A DNA stretch of 64,000 nucleotides from the NCBI GenBank assembly GCA_963804645.1, contig CAWDRG010000009.1, forward strand, positions 1,088,001-1,152,000. The letters run 5' to 3'. Source of the stretch: an uncultured Bacillota bacterium. GTDB taxonomy: Bacteria; Sysuimicrobiota; Sysuimicrobiia; Sysuimicrobiales; Segetimicrobiaceae. A model generated the notes under the pieces. It worked only from the letters and a program-made list of their open reading frames with translations, searched no databases and had not been told where the DNA came from. Within the stretch, counting starts at the first letter, position 1; each line of letters opens with the position of its first letter. Shown one piece after another: positions 1 through 9,072 of this stretch. The position numbers and the translations under genes are program-made.

Positions 1-57
1 CGCCGCGGGCATGTATACTTATGGGCGGGCTGTGCTGGCCCGGCTCAGGAGGGAACC

Positions 58-756
58 GTGGCGAACGGGCGGCAGCGATCATCGCCGAGGCGCGCGTCGG
101 CGAGACGTCGACGGATACCGTGGATCGCGATCTCGCTCCTGACGGCGGGCGCGATCGGGCTCGTCTTTATCTTCGTGCGCCTATTCGAGGGCCCCGGGTC
201 GACCGCGGACGTGGGACCGGCGGCGTATCCCTACCCGTGCCTGCCGAATGAGGGGACGGCGCAGCACATTCACCCCTACGTGCGGATCGTGCTCGACGGC
301 GATTCGATCACCATCCCCGCGTATGTCGGCATCCGCGACATCGGCGGCACGGCGTGCTTCGAGCCGGTCCACACGCACGATGCGTCCGGAATCCTGCACA
401 TCGAGGCCGTGAGCCCGACACAGTTGTTCACGCTCGGCGATTTCTTCGCGATCTGGCGCGATACGTACCGCACCGCCGAGGTGCACAACGCGACCGTCCC
501 GGTGAGCTATACGGTCGGGGATCTCTTGGGACGCCCGATCGATGCGGGCCATGACGTGCGGCTGCTGGTCGATGGAACGCTGTCTCGCGCCGGCCCGACG
601 CTGGTGCTCAACGCGCTCGACTACTGCACCGCGGCGATGACGAATCCGCCGTGCTTCCCGACCGCGGTCGCCGATCCGTATCCGCCGTTCCTCGTGCAGC
701 GATACGGGACCGGCCACGTGATCGTCCTGCAGTACGCGGCGCGCGGCGGGTCCTGA
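58..756 (+). CDS. Membrane-anchored hypothetical protein with His-rich motifs (HIHP...HTHDxxGxxHxE)
   Basis: 232-aa ORF. Basic N-terminus followed by a hydrophobic helix (IPWIAISLLTAGAIGLVFIFV). Motifs QHIHP and PVHTHDASGILHIE. AGGAGG upstream of the GTG start. Confidence 0.7.
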   Translation: MANGRQRSSPRRASARRRRIPWIAISLLTAGAIGLVFIFVRLFEGPGSTADVGPAAYPYPCLPNEGTAQHIHPYVRIVLDGDSITIPAYVGIRDIGGTACFEPVHTHDASGILHIEAVSPTQLFTLGDFFAIWRDTYRTAEVHNATVPVSYTVGDLLGRPIDAGHDVRLLVDGTLSRAGPTLVLNALDYCTAAMTNPPCFPTAVADPYPPFLVQRYGTGHVIVLQYAARGGS

Positions 757-812
757 CCGGACCGCGTCCGCGTGTCCGGAGGGCCAGGCGGAGCGATGAC
801 GAATCGGAGAGC

Positions 813-1748
813 ATGGTGACTTCGGCCGGTGAGGGTGTGACCCTGAAGCGCCTCCTCGTCCCCCTGGACGGGTCGCGGCTCGCCGAGTCCGTGATCCCGA
901 TCGTGGTGTCCCTGGCCGCGCACCTCGAAGCCCGCGTCACGCTGCTGTACGTCATGGAACGGCAGACGCCCGCCACGGTGCACGGTGACCGTCACTTGCA
1001 CGGCACCGCGGAGGCCGACGCGTACCTCACGGACCTGTCCGCGCGGATGCTCGCGGCGGGCGTCGTGGCCGACCGCCACGTGCACCCGAACCAAGAAGGC
1101 GACGTCGCCAAGAGCATCGTGGACCACGCCGGCGATCTCGCGGCGGACTTGGTCATTCTCGCCACGCACGGCGGGGGAGGGGCGCGCCGCGTGCTGTTCG
1201 GCAGCGTCGCGCAGCAGGTCCTCCGACGCGGCACGCGGCCGGTGCTGCTCATCCGTCCGCCCGAGACGGCGCCGTCCGCGTCGGCCGCGCCGTTTGACGT
1301 GCGCCGGCTGCTGGTGCCGCTCGACGGGCAGCCCCCCGCGGAAGCCGCGATGCCGTTCGCGGCGACCATCTCCGCGGCGTACGGGGCGGAGGTACTGCTG
1401 GTCCGCGTGGTCCCGACGCTCGCCACCCTCGGCGGCGACCGGGTGAGCGCGGCCCGCCTGACGCCGACCGCGGCCGCGGCGTCGCTGGACTTGGAAGAGG
1501 AAGAGGCGCGCCACTACACCGACACGATGGTGCGCCGGTGGGAGGCGGACCGGCGCCGGGTCACCGCGACGGTCATGCGGGGCGATCCCGCGCAGATCCT
1601 GCTCGACGTCGCCGCGCAGGCGCCGGTCGACATGGTCGTGATGGCCAGCCACGGCCGCGCCGGCCTCGACGCCGTGTTCTCCGGGAGCGTCGCGTCGCGG
1701 CTCGCCGGACGGATCCAGGCGCCGCTGCTGCTCGTCCGGGCGCCGTGA
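813..1748 (+). CDS. Universal stress protein, two tandem USP domains
   Basis: Two LLVPLDG starts and two ATP-binding-type motifs (ATHGGGG...FGSVA; ASHGRAG...SGSVA). GGAG RBS before ATG 813. Confidence 0.92.
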   Translation: MVTSAGEGVTLKRLLVPLDGSRLAESVIPIVVSLAAHLEARVTLLYVMERQTPATVHGDRHLHGTAEADAYLTDLSARMLAAGVVADRHVHPNQEGDVAKSIVDHAGDLAADLVILATHGGGGARRVLFGSVAQQVLRRGTRPVLLIRPPETAPSASAAPFDVRRLLVPLDGQPPAEAAMPFAATISAAYGAEVLLVRVVPTLATLGGDRVSAARLTPTAAAASLDLEEEEARHYTDTMVRRWEADRRRVTATVMRGDPAQILLDVAAQAPVDMVVMASHGRAGLDAVFSGSVASRLAGRIQAPLLLVRAP

Positions 1749-1782
1749 CCGGCCGGCGCGCGTCCCGCGGCGCGCCTCCCAT

Positions 1783-1811
1783 TTGACACGGTAGAGCGCC
1801 GGGGCTATACT
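1783..1811 (+). promoter_or_regulatory. Near-consensus sigma70/sigmaA promoter
   Basis: TTGACA at 1783-1788, exactly 17-bp spacer, TATACT at 1806-1811, in an intergenic region of high-GC DNA. Confidence 0.85.
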
Positions 1812-1817
1812 CGTTCA

Positions 1818-1996
1818 AAAGTTCACACCGTGACGTCCGGAACGCACGAGACACGGTCGCATCAGGGAGCCGATCCAGAAGAGACGCAGCAGCCGACGAC
1901 GGAGCGACGCTGGACCACGATCGTGGTACGGGCCGGACGAGCCACGAAGCTCAGCCGGGGAGCGCCAGACGCTCCCGCGCTGGGCTTCTGCGTTTT
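1818..1996 (+). ncRNA. Candidate structured small RNA (~180 nt), possibly Ms1/6S-like
   Basis: Lies between the strong promoter and a terminator hairpin. Long-range pairing of CGTG-A-CGTCCGG (1829-1840) with CCGGACG-AGC-CACG (1933-1946). Internal palindrome ACCACGATCGTGGT (1914-1927). No convincing ORF. Confidence 0.55.
1948..1996 (+). terminator. Intrinsic terminator-like hairpin
   Basis: AGCTCAGC-CGGGGAGCG / CCAGA loop / CGCTCCCG-CGCTGGGCT, followed by TCTGCGTTTT. Confidence 0.65.
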
Positions 1997-2018
1997 GTGT
2001 AACGGCAGCCGACCGGTG

Positions 2019-2044
2019 GGAACGGCGCCGGAGTTCGGCACGTA
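2019..2044 (+). promoter_or_regulatory. Possible ECF-sigma promoter for the prkA operon
   Basis: GGAAC (2019-2023), 17-bp spacer, CGTA (2041-2044). Located downstream of the terminator and upstream of prkA. Confidence 0.3.
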
Positions 2045-2125
2045 GGTTCTGGGGTAGAACAGGAGCGCGGGCCGGATCGCGCCGCCGGAGTGCGGACGAT
2101 GAAGCCGCGGGGGCGAGTGAGCGGG

Positions 2126-3790
2126 ATGAGCGAAATCACGACGGTCGAAACTTACGTGGCGGCAAGCCGGCAGAACCCGCGTTTGGCCCGCACCACGCTG
2201 CACTACATCGCGGACATGATCGACTACTTCGGCAAGGCGCGCGTGTTCGAAGGCATCTATGGCATGGACCGGCAGCTGGACGACATCGTGGACTTCTTCC
2301 GCGGGTACGCGATGAGCATGGAGCGCCGGCTCCTGCTCCTCGTGGGGCCGCAGGGGTCCGGCAAGTCGATGACGGTCGACAAGCTGAAGCGGCGGCTCGA
2401 GGAGTACTCGCACAAGCCCGACGGTATCCTGTACGCGGTCGCCGGATGCCCGTTTCACCAGCACCCGTTCGATCTGATCCCGCTGGACGCGCGCGAGGCC
2501 GAGGGCATCTGGTGGCACGAGGAAGCCGTGCCGTGTCCGGTCTGCGAGCGGGCGGTGGCCGCGCGCGGCGACTGGCGGACCGTGTCGGTGCGGCCGCTCC
2601 TGATCTCGGCCCGCGACAAGGTCGGGGTCGCGAAGCACACGCCGACCGACCTGCGCCGGGAAGACATCACCAACTTCGTCGGCAACATCAACTTCGCGAT
2701 GCTGAAGGAGCGCGGCTCGACCTATGATCCCGACGCGTACGATTTCGAGGGCAAGGTCATCTGGGCGAACCGCGGGATCCTGGATTGGACCGAGGTGTTC
2801 AAGAGCCGCCGGCAGCTGCTGTCGCTTCTGCTGGAGCTGATCCAGTCGAAGCGCATCGACCTGGCGAACTTCCCGACCGTCCACGTCGACGAGGTCGTGG
2901 TCGGGCACACGAACTATCCCGAGTACAACGTGTTCCTGTCCGAGGACATCATGGAGCCGCTCCGCGGGCGGATCCACAAAGTGGACTTCCCGTATAATGT
3001 GGACATCGGCGGCGAGATGCGGATTTATCGGGGACTCGTCGAGCGCGCGAACCGCGCCCGCGGGGAGCAGAAGCACGTCCCCGGGGACGTGTACGAGCTC
3101 GCGGCGACTTATGCGATCAAGACGCGGCAGGAGTCCGAGGGACTCCGCGGCCTGTCTCCGCGGTTCTTCGAGGACGCGTTCTCGCTGGCGTACACGCGCG
3201 CCAACCGGTGCATCGACCTCGAGGTGATCACGGACGCGATCGAGCAGACGTTCGCGCACCAGTCGATCAAGGACCTCAACCTCAAGGACCTGCTCAAGCT
3301 GTTCGAGGAGACGAAGGTTGAGTTCATCCACAAGAAGGTCGACGTGATCGTCGAGGAGATCGTGCCGAGCCACTTCTACGATTACGGCCAGAATCTCTAC
3401 CTGAACTACCTCGACGTCGCGGCGCGCAGCGTGCTGGGCGAGGCGATGTCGGACGGCGACAAGGAGCTGCTGGACGACATCGAGGGCGTCCTGGTGCAGA
3501 AGCGGCAGATCAGCCGGCAGGGGCGAATCGCGTTCGAGAACGTCCTGCTGGAACGCCGCGACGAGCTGCGGCGCATGAGCTACCGCGACAACGAGCATCT
3601 CGCCGGCGCGATCAACGAGATCGTGTTTAACAAGATCAAGAACTGCCTGCGGTTGTACGACAAGACCGAGGAGATGGACGCGAAGAGCCGGGACCTGCTC
3701 GACGTGCTGCAGCGCAGCGCGATCGAGGAGCACGGCTACTGCGCGTCGTGCGCCAGCGCGCTGTTCAAGGTCATCGGCCGGAGCTTTTAG
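2126..3790 (+). CDS. prkA: PrkA/YeaG-family AAA+ serine protein kinase
   Basis: Walker A (LLLVGPQGSGKS) and motifs DPDAYDFEG, WANRGILDWTEVFK, VVVGHTNYPEY, GLSPRF. Followed by yeaH and spoVR homologues. Confidence 0.92.
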   Translation: MSEITTVETYVAASRQNPRLARTTLHYIADMIDYFGKARVFEGIYGMDRQLDDIVDFFRGYAMSMERRLLLLVGPQGSGKSMTVDKLKRRLEEYSHKPDGILYAVAGCPFHQHPFDLIPLDAREAEGIWWHEEAVPCPVCERAVAARGDWRTVSVRPLLISARDKVGVAKHTPTDLRREDITNFVGNINFAMLKERGSTYDPDAYDFEGKVIWANRGILDWTEVFKSRRQLLSLLLELIQSKRIDLANFPTVHVDEVVVGHTNYPEYNVFLSEDIMEPLRGRIHKVDFPYNVDIGGEMRIYRGLVERANRARGEQKHVPGDVYELAATYAIKTRQESEGLRGLSPRFFEDAFSLAYTRANRCIDLEVITDAIEQTFAHQSIKDLNLKDLLKLFEETKVEFIHKKVDVIVEEIVPSHFYDYGQNLYLNYLDVAARSVLGEAMSDGDKELLDDIEGVLVQKRQISRQGRIAFENVLLERRDELRRMSYRDNEHLAGAINEIVFNKIKNCLRLYDKTEEMDAKSRDLLDVLQRSAIEEHGYCASCASALFKVIGRSF

Positions 3791-3815
3791 CCACGGCCGC
3801 CCGGAGCGCGGGACG

Positions 3816-4955
3816 ATGAAAATACACCGCGGGCGGATCGCCCAGTACAAGCACGACCAGATGCTGCGGGATTACCTCAAGCAGAACCTCAACGAGCTGA
3901 TCCAGCAGAAGGAACTGATCGTCGACGGCCGGGTGAAGACGCAGATCGCCACCCTGGATCTGCCGACGCTCAAGTTCGGCGAGGAGTCGCAGTTTCTCGC
4001 CCAGGGCGGCGGGAGCGGGGCCGGCGCGGGCGGGGGCGCGGCGGGCGCCGGCGGCGAGCAGGTCCAAGCGCTCGGCGGCCTTCTCGGCGGCGATCACCAC
4101 GGCAAGGAGCTGACGGTCGAGCTGGATTTCGATGAATTCGTCCGGCTCGCGCAGGAGGTGCTGCTGGACGAGCTGCGGCTGCCGACGTTTCGCGAGCCGG
4201 CCCGCGCCGGGGAAGTGGAAAGTCAGGATACCTCGGAGCTCGACGACCTGGAGCGCGTCGGCCTGCGCGCGGATCTCAACCTTGAGGAGACGATGACGCA
4301 GAGCCTGCTGCGCAACGCGCGCGAGCGCGGCCGTCTCGACTACGACGTGGACGTCCAGCAGGACGCGTGGTACTTCGTCGAGGATCCCGCGACGTTCCAA
4401 AACCACCGGTCGGTCGAGATCTACGTGCTCGACATCTCGGGCTCGATGCGGGGCGAGTACCTCGCCCTCGTGCGCAAGACGATCTTCGTCCTCTGGCACT
4501 ACCTGGAGCGCCGTTATCCCACGAACCTCCGCCGGTACGTCGTGTTCCAGGACGTGGCGGAGGAGAAGACGCGCGACGAGTTCTTCTGCGTCGAGTCGAG
4601 CGGCGGGACCCACATCAGCACCGGGTTTCGCAAGGCGGTCGAGCTGCTCCGCGGCGTGACGGAGCACGACAAGTTCCTGTTCATCTTCACCGACGGGGAG
4701 ACAAGCTCGGGCGATTTCGACCTCGCGAAGCGCACGTACGAGGAGGCGCTCGAGGCGTTCGACGTGGTGACCTACGGCCACGTCAACCCCGGCGGCCGGG
4801 GCATCGGCGGGTTCAGCGAGCACGCGCAGGAAGGCGTGAAGACACGCGCCAATGCGGTGTTTGCGAATCTCGTGGATCTGGAGACGATTCGGACCGCGAT
4901 GCGGCAGTTTCTCGAGTTTTTCGACACACGGAAGACCGCCGCGTCGCCGCGTTGA
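3816..4955 (+). CDS. yeaH: YeaH/YhbH (DUF444) vWA-domain protein
   Basis: Gly-rich linker, MIDAS motif LDISGSM, ESSGGTHIST and FTDGET. Position between prkA and spoVR. Confidence 0.88.
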   Translation: MKIHRGRIAQYKHDQMLRDYLKQNLNELIQQKELIVDGRVKTQIATLDLPTLKFGEESQFLAQGGGSGAGAGGGAAGAGGEQVQALGGLLGGDHHGKELTVELDFDEFVRLAQEVLLDELRLPTFREPARAGEVESQDTSELDDLERVGLRADLNLEETMTQSLLRNARERGRLDYDVDVQQDAWYFVEDPATFQNHRSVEIYVLDISGSMRGEYLALVRKTIFVLWHYLERRYPTNLRRYVVFQDVAEEKTRDEFFCVESSGGTHISTGFRKAVELLRGVTEHDKFLFIFTDGETSSGDFDLAKRTYEEALEAFDVVTYGHVNPGGRGIGGFSEHAQEGVKTRANAVFANLVDLETIRTAMRQFLEFFDTRKTAASPR

Positions 4956-4971
4956 TCGGAGGGCCGGGACG

Positions 4972-6132
4972 ATGATGCAGACCGAGTACGACCAGGTCAT
5001 CTCGCGGATCGAGGGCCTGGCGCGCGACCGCGGGCTCGCGTTCGACCCGGTGATCTTCCGGATGACCGACAGCGACGAGATCGCCGAGGTCGCCAGCATG
5101 GGGCTGCCCAACCGCTTCATCCACTGGTACTGGGGCGGCACGTACAAGGAGCTGGTGACGCAGCAGAGCAAGGAAGTATTCACGATTCTCGAGCTGGTGC
5201 TGAACACCGCGCCCTCGCACGCGTTCCTGCGCAGCACGAATACGTACCTGCAAAACGTGCTCGTGATCGCCCACGTGTTCGGCCACGCCGATTTTTTCGC
5301 GAACAACCACTGGTACCGCAAGTCCAACAAGAACATGCTGAACGCGACCGAGCAGCACGCGCGTCTCATCCGGTCGTACGAGGCGCAGTACGGGCAGGAG
5401 CGCATCGAAAAGCTGCTCGACGCGCTGCTGACCGTGGCGACCTCCGTGAACACCTTCGAGCGGAGCCAGCCGGAGCGGCGGAAGCGCCTGATCTACTACC
5501 TCGAGGAGCGGGCGCCGCTCGAGGAGTTCGAGCGCGTGCTGCTGCAGGCGATCCGCGAGGAGGCCGAGTACTTCGACCTAATCCAGCGGACCCACCTGAT
5601 CAACGAGGGATGGGCGACGTTCATCGAGGCCGAGCTGCTGACGCGCCTCTTGACCGCGCGGGAGTGGGCGAGCCTGTCCGTGCAGCTGTGCAATCGGCCG
5701 GCGCCCTACACGATCGGCTATACGCTGTTCAAGCACCTTCGCGACCGGGAGGGGTTTGCGCGCGCGCTCGAGGTCCGGCGGTTTTACGAGGATGTCAGCC
5801 TCATCGACGTCGCGCTGACCGAGGACCTCGTGCGGCGCCTCGACATCTTCGTGTACGATCCGAAGGAGAAGCAGAAGAGCTACGACCTGCAGAAAGTGAA
5901 GGACATGCTGATCACGCAGAAGCTCTACAAGGGCGAACCGCGGGTCGAGGTGGATCCGGCGTCCCAGGGCCGCGATCTCCTGCTCGCGCACATGGACGAG
6001 GACCGCAAGATCGAGTCCAAGCGCATCGGGCTGTTTCTCAAGTCCGTGTACGCGCTCTGGCGCAACCCCGTGAAGCTCCGCGCGAACGGCAAGGTGTATA
6101 CGTACGATCGGCGGGGGCTGTCGTCGACGTAG
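4972..6132 (+). CDS. spoVR: SpoVR/YcgB family protein
   Basis: Motifs GLPNRFIHWYWG, ILELVLN, VIAHVFGHADFFANN and LINEGWA. Confidence 0.92.
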   Translation: MMQTEYDQVISRIEGLARDRGLAFDPVIFRMTDSDEIAEVASMGLPNRFIHWYWGGTYKELVTQQSKEVFTILELVLNTAPSHAFLRSTNTYLQNVLVIAHVFGHADFFANNHWYRKSNKNMLNATEQHARLIRSYEAQYGQERIEKLLDALLTVATSVNTFERSQPERRKRLIYYLEERAPLEEFERVLLQAIREEAEYFDLIQRTHLINEGWATFIEAELLTRLLTAREWASLSVQLCNRPAPYTIGYTLFKHLRDREGFARALEVRRFYEDVSLIDVALTEDLVRRLDIFVYDPKEKQKSYDLQKVKDMLITQKLYKGEPRVEVDPASQGRDLLLAHMDEDRKIESKRIGLFLKSVYALWRNPVKLRANGKVYTYDRRGLSST

Positions 6133-6177
6133 CCCGACCCCGCAGGGGACGCGCGCGCGGCCCCGGAATCTCCCGGC

Positions 6178-6684
6178 GTGGATGTTCTTGAGGTGAAGCG
6201 CACCCTCCACGGTGAGGAGCGGACGTACGCGTGCCGGGCGGCGGAGTGCTCCCCGGAGCGTGCGGTCCTGCTGTACACGCTGGCGCGCGACGGCCGGGTC
6301 GGCGGGCTGACGCTTCCCGCCGGGACGCTGACCGTTGCCTACTACTGGGCGGCGCGCCCCTACAACGTCTACCATTGGATCGGTCCCGACCGGAATACGC
6401 TCGGATACTACTTTAACCTCAGCGGCCCCGCGCGTATCGCGGGCGACCGGCTCGAGTGGGAAGACCTGGAAGTGGATATCCTGGTGCTCCCTGATGGGCG
6501 GCACGAAGTGCTCGACGAGGACCGGGTGCCGGCCGCCGCGGCGGCGCGGCTGCCCGAGATCGCGGCCGCCCGCGACGCGGTGCTGCGCGATTACCCGGAC
6601 GTTACCCGCGGCGTCGAGGCCGCGTCGCGCGCGCTTCTGGCGCGCGACCCGACGCTGCTCGCCGGGCCCCCGGCGGGCGCCTGA
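6178..6684 (+). CDS. DUF402 domain protein
   Basis: YNVYHW...YYFN...WEDLEVDILVLPDG...VLDED pattern. Confidence 0.8.
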   Translation: MDVLEVKRTLHGEERTYACRAAECSPERAVLLYTLARDGRVGGLTLPAGTLTVAYYWAARPYNVYHWIGPDRNTLGYYFNLSGPARIAGDRLEWEDLEVDILVLPDGRHEVLDEDRVPAAAAARLPEIAAARDAVLRDYPDVTRGVEAASRALLARDPTLLAGPPAGA

Positions 6685-7427
6685 TGCCGCCGCGCGGCCG
6701 CGTCGCCGTGGTCACCGGGTCGAGCCGCGGCATCGGGCGCGCGATCGCGCAGGCGTTCGCGCGCGACGGCTGCGCGCTCGTCGTGAACGCCGCCCGGTCC
6801 GTCGCGGAGGCGGAGGCGGTGGCGGAGGCGATTACGGCCGGCGGCGGCCGTGCGGTCGCGGTGCAGGCCGATGTCGGCGATCCGGCGCAGGCGCAGGAAT
6901 TGATCGCGCGGGCCCTCGAGGAGTACGGGCGCGTCGACGTCCTCGTCAACAACGCCGGGATCGTGGACCGCTCGGATCTGTGGCAGATCGACGAGGCCGG
7001 CTGGGCCGCGATGATGGCGGTGCACGTCACGGGGCCGTTTTTCGCGAGCCGGGCGGCCGCCGAGGCGATGCGCGGGCAGGGAGGCGGCGCGATCATCAAC
7101 ATCGCGTCGATGCGGGGGATCGAGCCGGGGTCGGGGCCGCTGCACTACAACGTCAGCAAGGCGGCGGTGCTGATGCTCACGAAGTGTCTCGCGCGCGATC
7201 TCGCCCCGCACGTGCGGGTGAACGCGATCGCGCCGGGGTACACGGAGACCGGCTTCCACGCCGGCCGGACGATCGCGGAACGCGAGCAGATCAGTGCGAG
7301 GATTCCGCTCGGGCGGTTCGGGCGCCCCGAGGAGGTCGCGCGCGCCGCAGTGTTTCTCGCCTCCGACGGCGCCGCGTATATGACGGGGCACACGCTGGTG
7401 CTCTCGGGCGGCGTGGTGATGGCGTAG
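6684..7427 (+). CDS. Short-chain dehydrogenase/reductase (FabG-like)
   Basis: TGSSRGIG, NNAG, YNVSK (YxxxK) and VNAIAPG. Start overlaps the previous stop. Confidence 0.92.
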   Translation: MPPRGRVAVVTGSSRGIGRAIAQAFARDGCALVVNAARSVAEAEAVAEAITAGGGRAVAVQADVGDPAQAQELIARALEEYGRVDVLVNNAGIVDRSDLWQIDEAGWAAMMAVHVTGPFFASRAAAEAMRGQGGGAIINIASMRGIEPGSGPLHYNVSKAAVLMLTKCLARDLAPHVRVNAIAPGYTETGFHAGRTIAEREQISARIPLGRFGRPEEVARAAVFLASDGAAYMTGHTLVLSGGVVMA

Positions 7428-7445
7428 GCGGGCCGCCGTCCCGGA

Positions 7446-7964
7446 CTACGATTCCTCGAGCTTGCTGTCCTTCCGGGGAGTGTCGCCGGCCTGCGTCTGG
7501 CCGAAGTCCGCGGGCCGCACCTGGTCGATAAACTTCTTGAACTCCTCGACCTCGTGCTCGTCGAACGCCTTCTTGAGCGGGATCGCCGCGGCCGCGACCT
7601 TGTCCTCGACGAAGATCGGCGCCTCCGCCCGCAGCGCGAGGGCGATCGCGTCGCTCGGGCGCGAGTCGACGATCACCTCGGCGCTTTTGGTCCGCAGGTG
7701 GATTTCCGCAAAGTACGTGCCGTTCTGGAGGTCCGTGACGACGATCCGGCTGACGCTGACCGTCAGGTGCGTCAGCATCGTGCGCATCAGATCGTGGGTC
7801 ATCGGGCGCGGCATCTTCTGCCCGCGCAGCTCGAGCGCGATCGACTGCGCCTCGCTCTGGCCGATCCAGATCGGCAGCGCCAGCGACTCCGCTTGATCGA
7901 CGAGCAGGACCACCGGGTTCATCTGCTGGTCCATCGCCACGGTGCGCACTTTCACCGAGATCAT
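7446..7964 (-). CDS. Bifunctional nuclease (DUF151/BFN) family protein
   Basis: LPIWIGQSEA, RPMTHDL, DSRPSDAIALALR and C-terminal EEFKKFIDQVRPADF. GGAGG RBS. Confidence 0.92.
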   Translation of the reverse strand: MISVKVRTVAMDQQMNPVVLLVDQAESLALPIWIGQSEAQSIALELRGQKMPRPMTHDLMRTMLTHLTVSVSRIVVTDLQNGTYFAEIHLRTKSAEVIVDSRPSDAIALALRAEAPIFVEDKVAAAAIPLKKAFDEHEVEEFKKFIDQVRPADFGQTQAGDTPRKDSKLEES

Positions 7965-8288
7965 GCGTCGCCTCCAGGGCACCGACCGGGTGCGTCGAGT
8001 TGTTCCCATTATAACAGACGAATCGGATTTGGCCCGGCGCGCGGTGAATCTTTTGAATCATTCTGCGGCGGGCGGGCCGGGGCGAGCGCGCGTCTGGCGC
8101 GAGGAGATCTGGGGCATGTAACGGGTCGGTGCCCCAGGCGGCGTGAATGGGCAGGCAGGAGAACCGGCCGTCGGCAAGAATAGGCTCGGAGTTGATCCGC
8201 GGGGGGGCAACGATCCGGAGGTCGTCCGGATCGGTCCGGCGGCGGGGCGCCCGACGGGCGCCACTGCGGACATCACTGGAGGCGCGGA

Positions 8289-8966
8289 GTGATCAAGTAC
8301 GTCCTGGTGGCGCTGACGTGTGTGTGCAGTGCCGCATTCCTCTCGCTCGTTCCGCATGCTGACGCTTCCTCGGTCTACGTCGTCCGTCAAGGGGACACGC
8401 TCTGGGCCATCGCGGGCCGCCTCGGCGTGAGCGTCGGGCAGCTCGCCTCCGCGAACCACCTGTCGCTGACCGCTACCATCCAGCCCGGGGAGCGCTTGGT
8501 GTCTCCTGGGAGGACGGACGCGTACGTCTCGGCCGGCGCATCCGCGTCCCGCGCCGCAGTCTCGCCGGTGCGCGTGCTGCGCACGCTCCCGTCGCGCGGC
8601 GTGGCGTTCACCTCGTCGGTGGTGCGGACGGCCCTGCGATTTCTCGGCCGGCCGTACCAGTGGGCGGGGATTGGGAACCGCGGGTTCGACTGTTCTGGGC
8701 TGGTCTACCGCGTGTACGCGATGATGCGGCTGTCGGTCCCGCACTCCTCGTTCGACCAGTTTCGTGAGGGCGTCGCGGTGCCGCGCGGGGCGCTCGCGCC
8801 GGGAGATCTCGTCTTCTTCCACACGTACAGCTACGGCCCGTCCCACGTCGGGATCTACGTCGGCGGCAACCAGTTCATTCACGCGTCGACGGACCGCGGC
8901 GTGATCGTGTCGTCGCTGTCGGAATCGTATTACGCGTACCGCTATCTCGGCGCACGCCGGATCTAG
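8289..8966 (+). CDS. Secreted LysM + NlpC/P60 peptidoglycan endopeptidase
   Basis: Signal peptide, LysM domain (YVVRQGDTLWAIA), and NlpC/P60 motifs GRPYQWAG, GFDCSG, PGDLVFF, HVGIY and FIHAS. Confidence 0.93.
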   Translation: MIKYVLVALTCVCSAAFLSLVPHADASSVYVVRQGDTLWAIAGRLGVSVGQLASANHLSLTATIQPGERLVSPGRTDAYVSAGASASRAAVSPVRVLRTLPSRGVAFTSSVVRTALRFLGRPYQWAGIGNRGFDCSGLVYRVYAMMRLSVPHSSFDQFREGVAVPRGALAPGDLVFFHTYSYGPSHVGIYVGGNQFIHASTDRGVIVSSLSESYYAYRYLGARRI

Positions 8967-9016
8967 GCGCGGCGTCGCCGCCGCGGGGCTCACGGCCGGG
9001 CGCCGGTAACATGAGA

Positions 9017-9040
9017 AAGGGACACCTGAGGGTGTCCCTT
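9017..9040. terminator. Hairpin between convergent genes, probable terminator
   Basis: AAGGGACACC-TGAG-GGTGTCCCTT, a perfect 10-bp stem. Confidence 0.65.
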
Positions 9041-9072
9041 CCCATTTGCGCGCGGCGCGTGAGACGGCCGGG

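Noticed and set aside
1830..2045. 71-aa ORF as a leader peptide
   Set aside because: No RBS, it runs through the terminator hairpin, and it has no recognisable features; the RNA interpretation fits better.
8100..8288. c-di-AMP (ydaO) riboswitch upstream of the NlpC/P60 gene
   Set aside because: The context fits, but I could not find the characteristic conserved segments; kept only as an unassigned structured leader.
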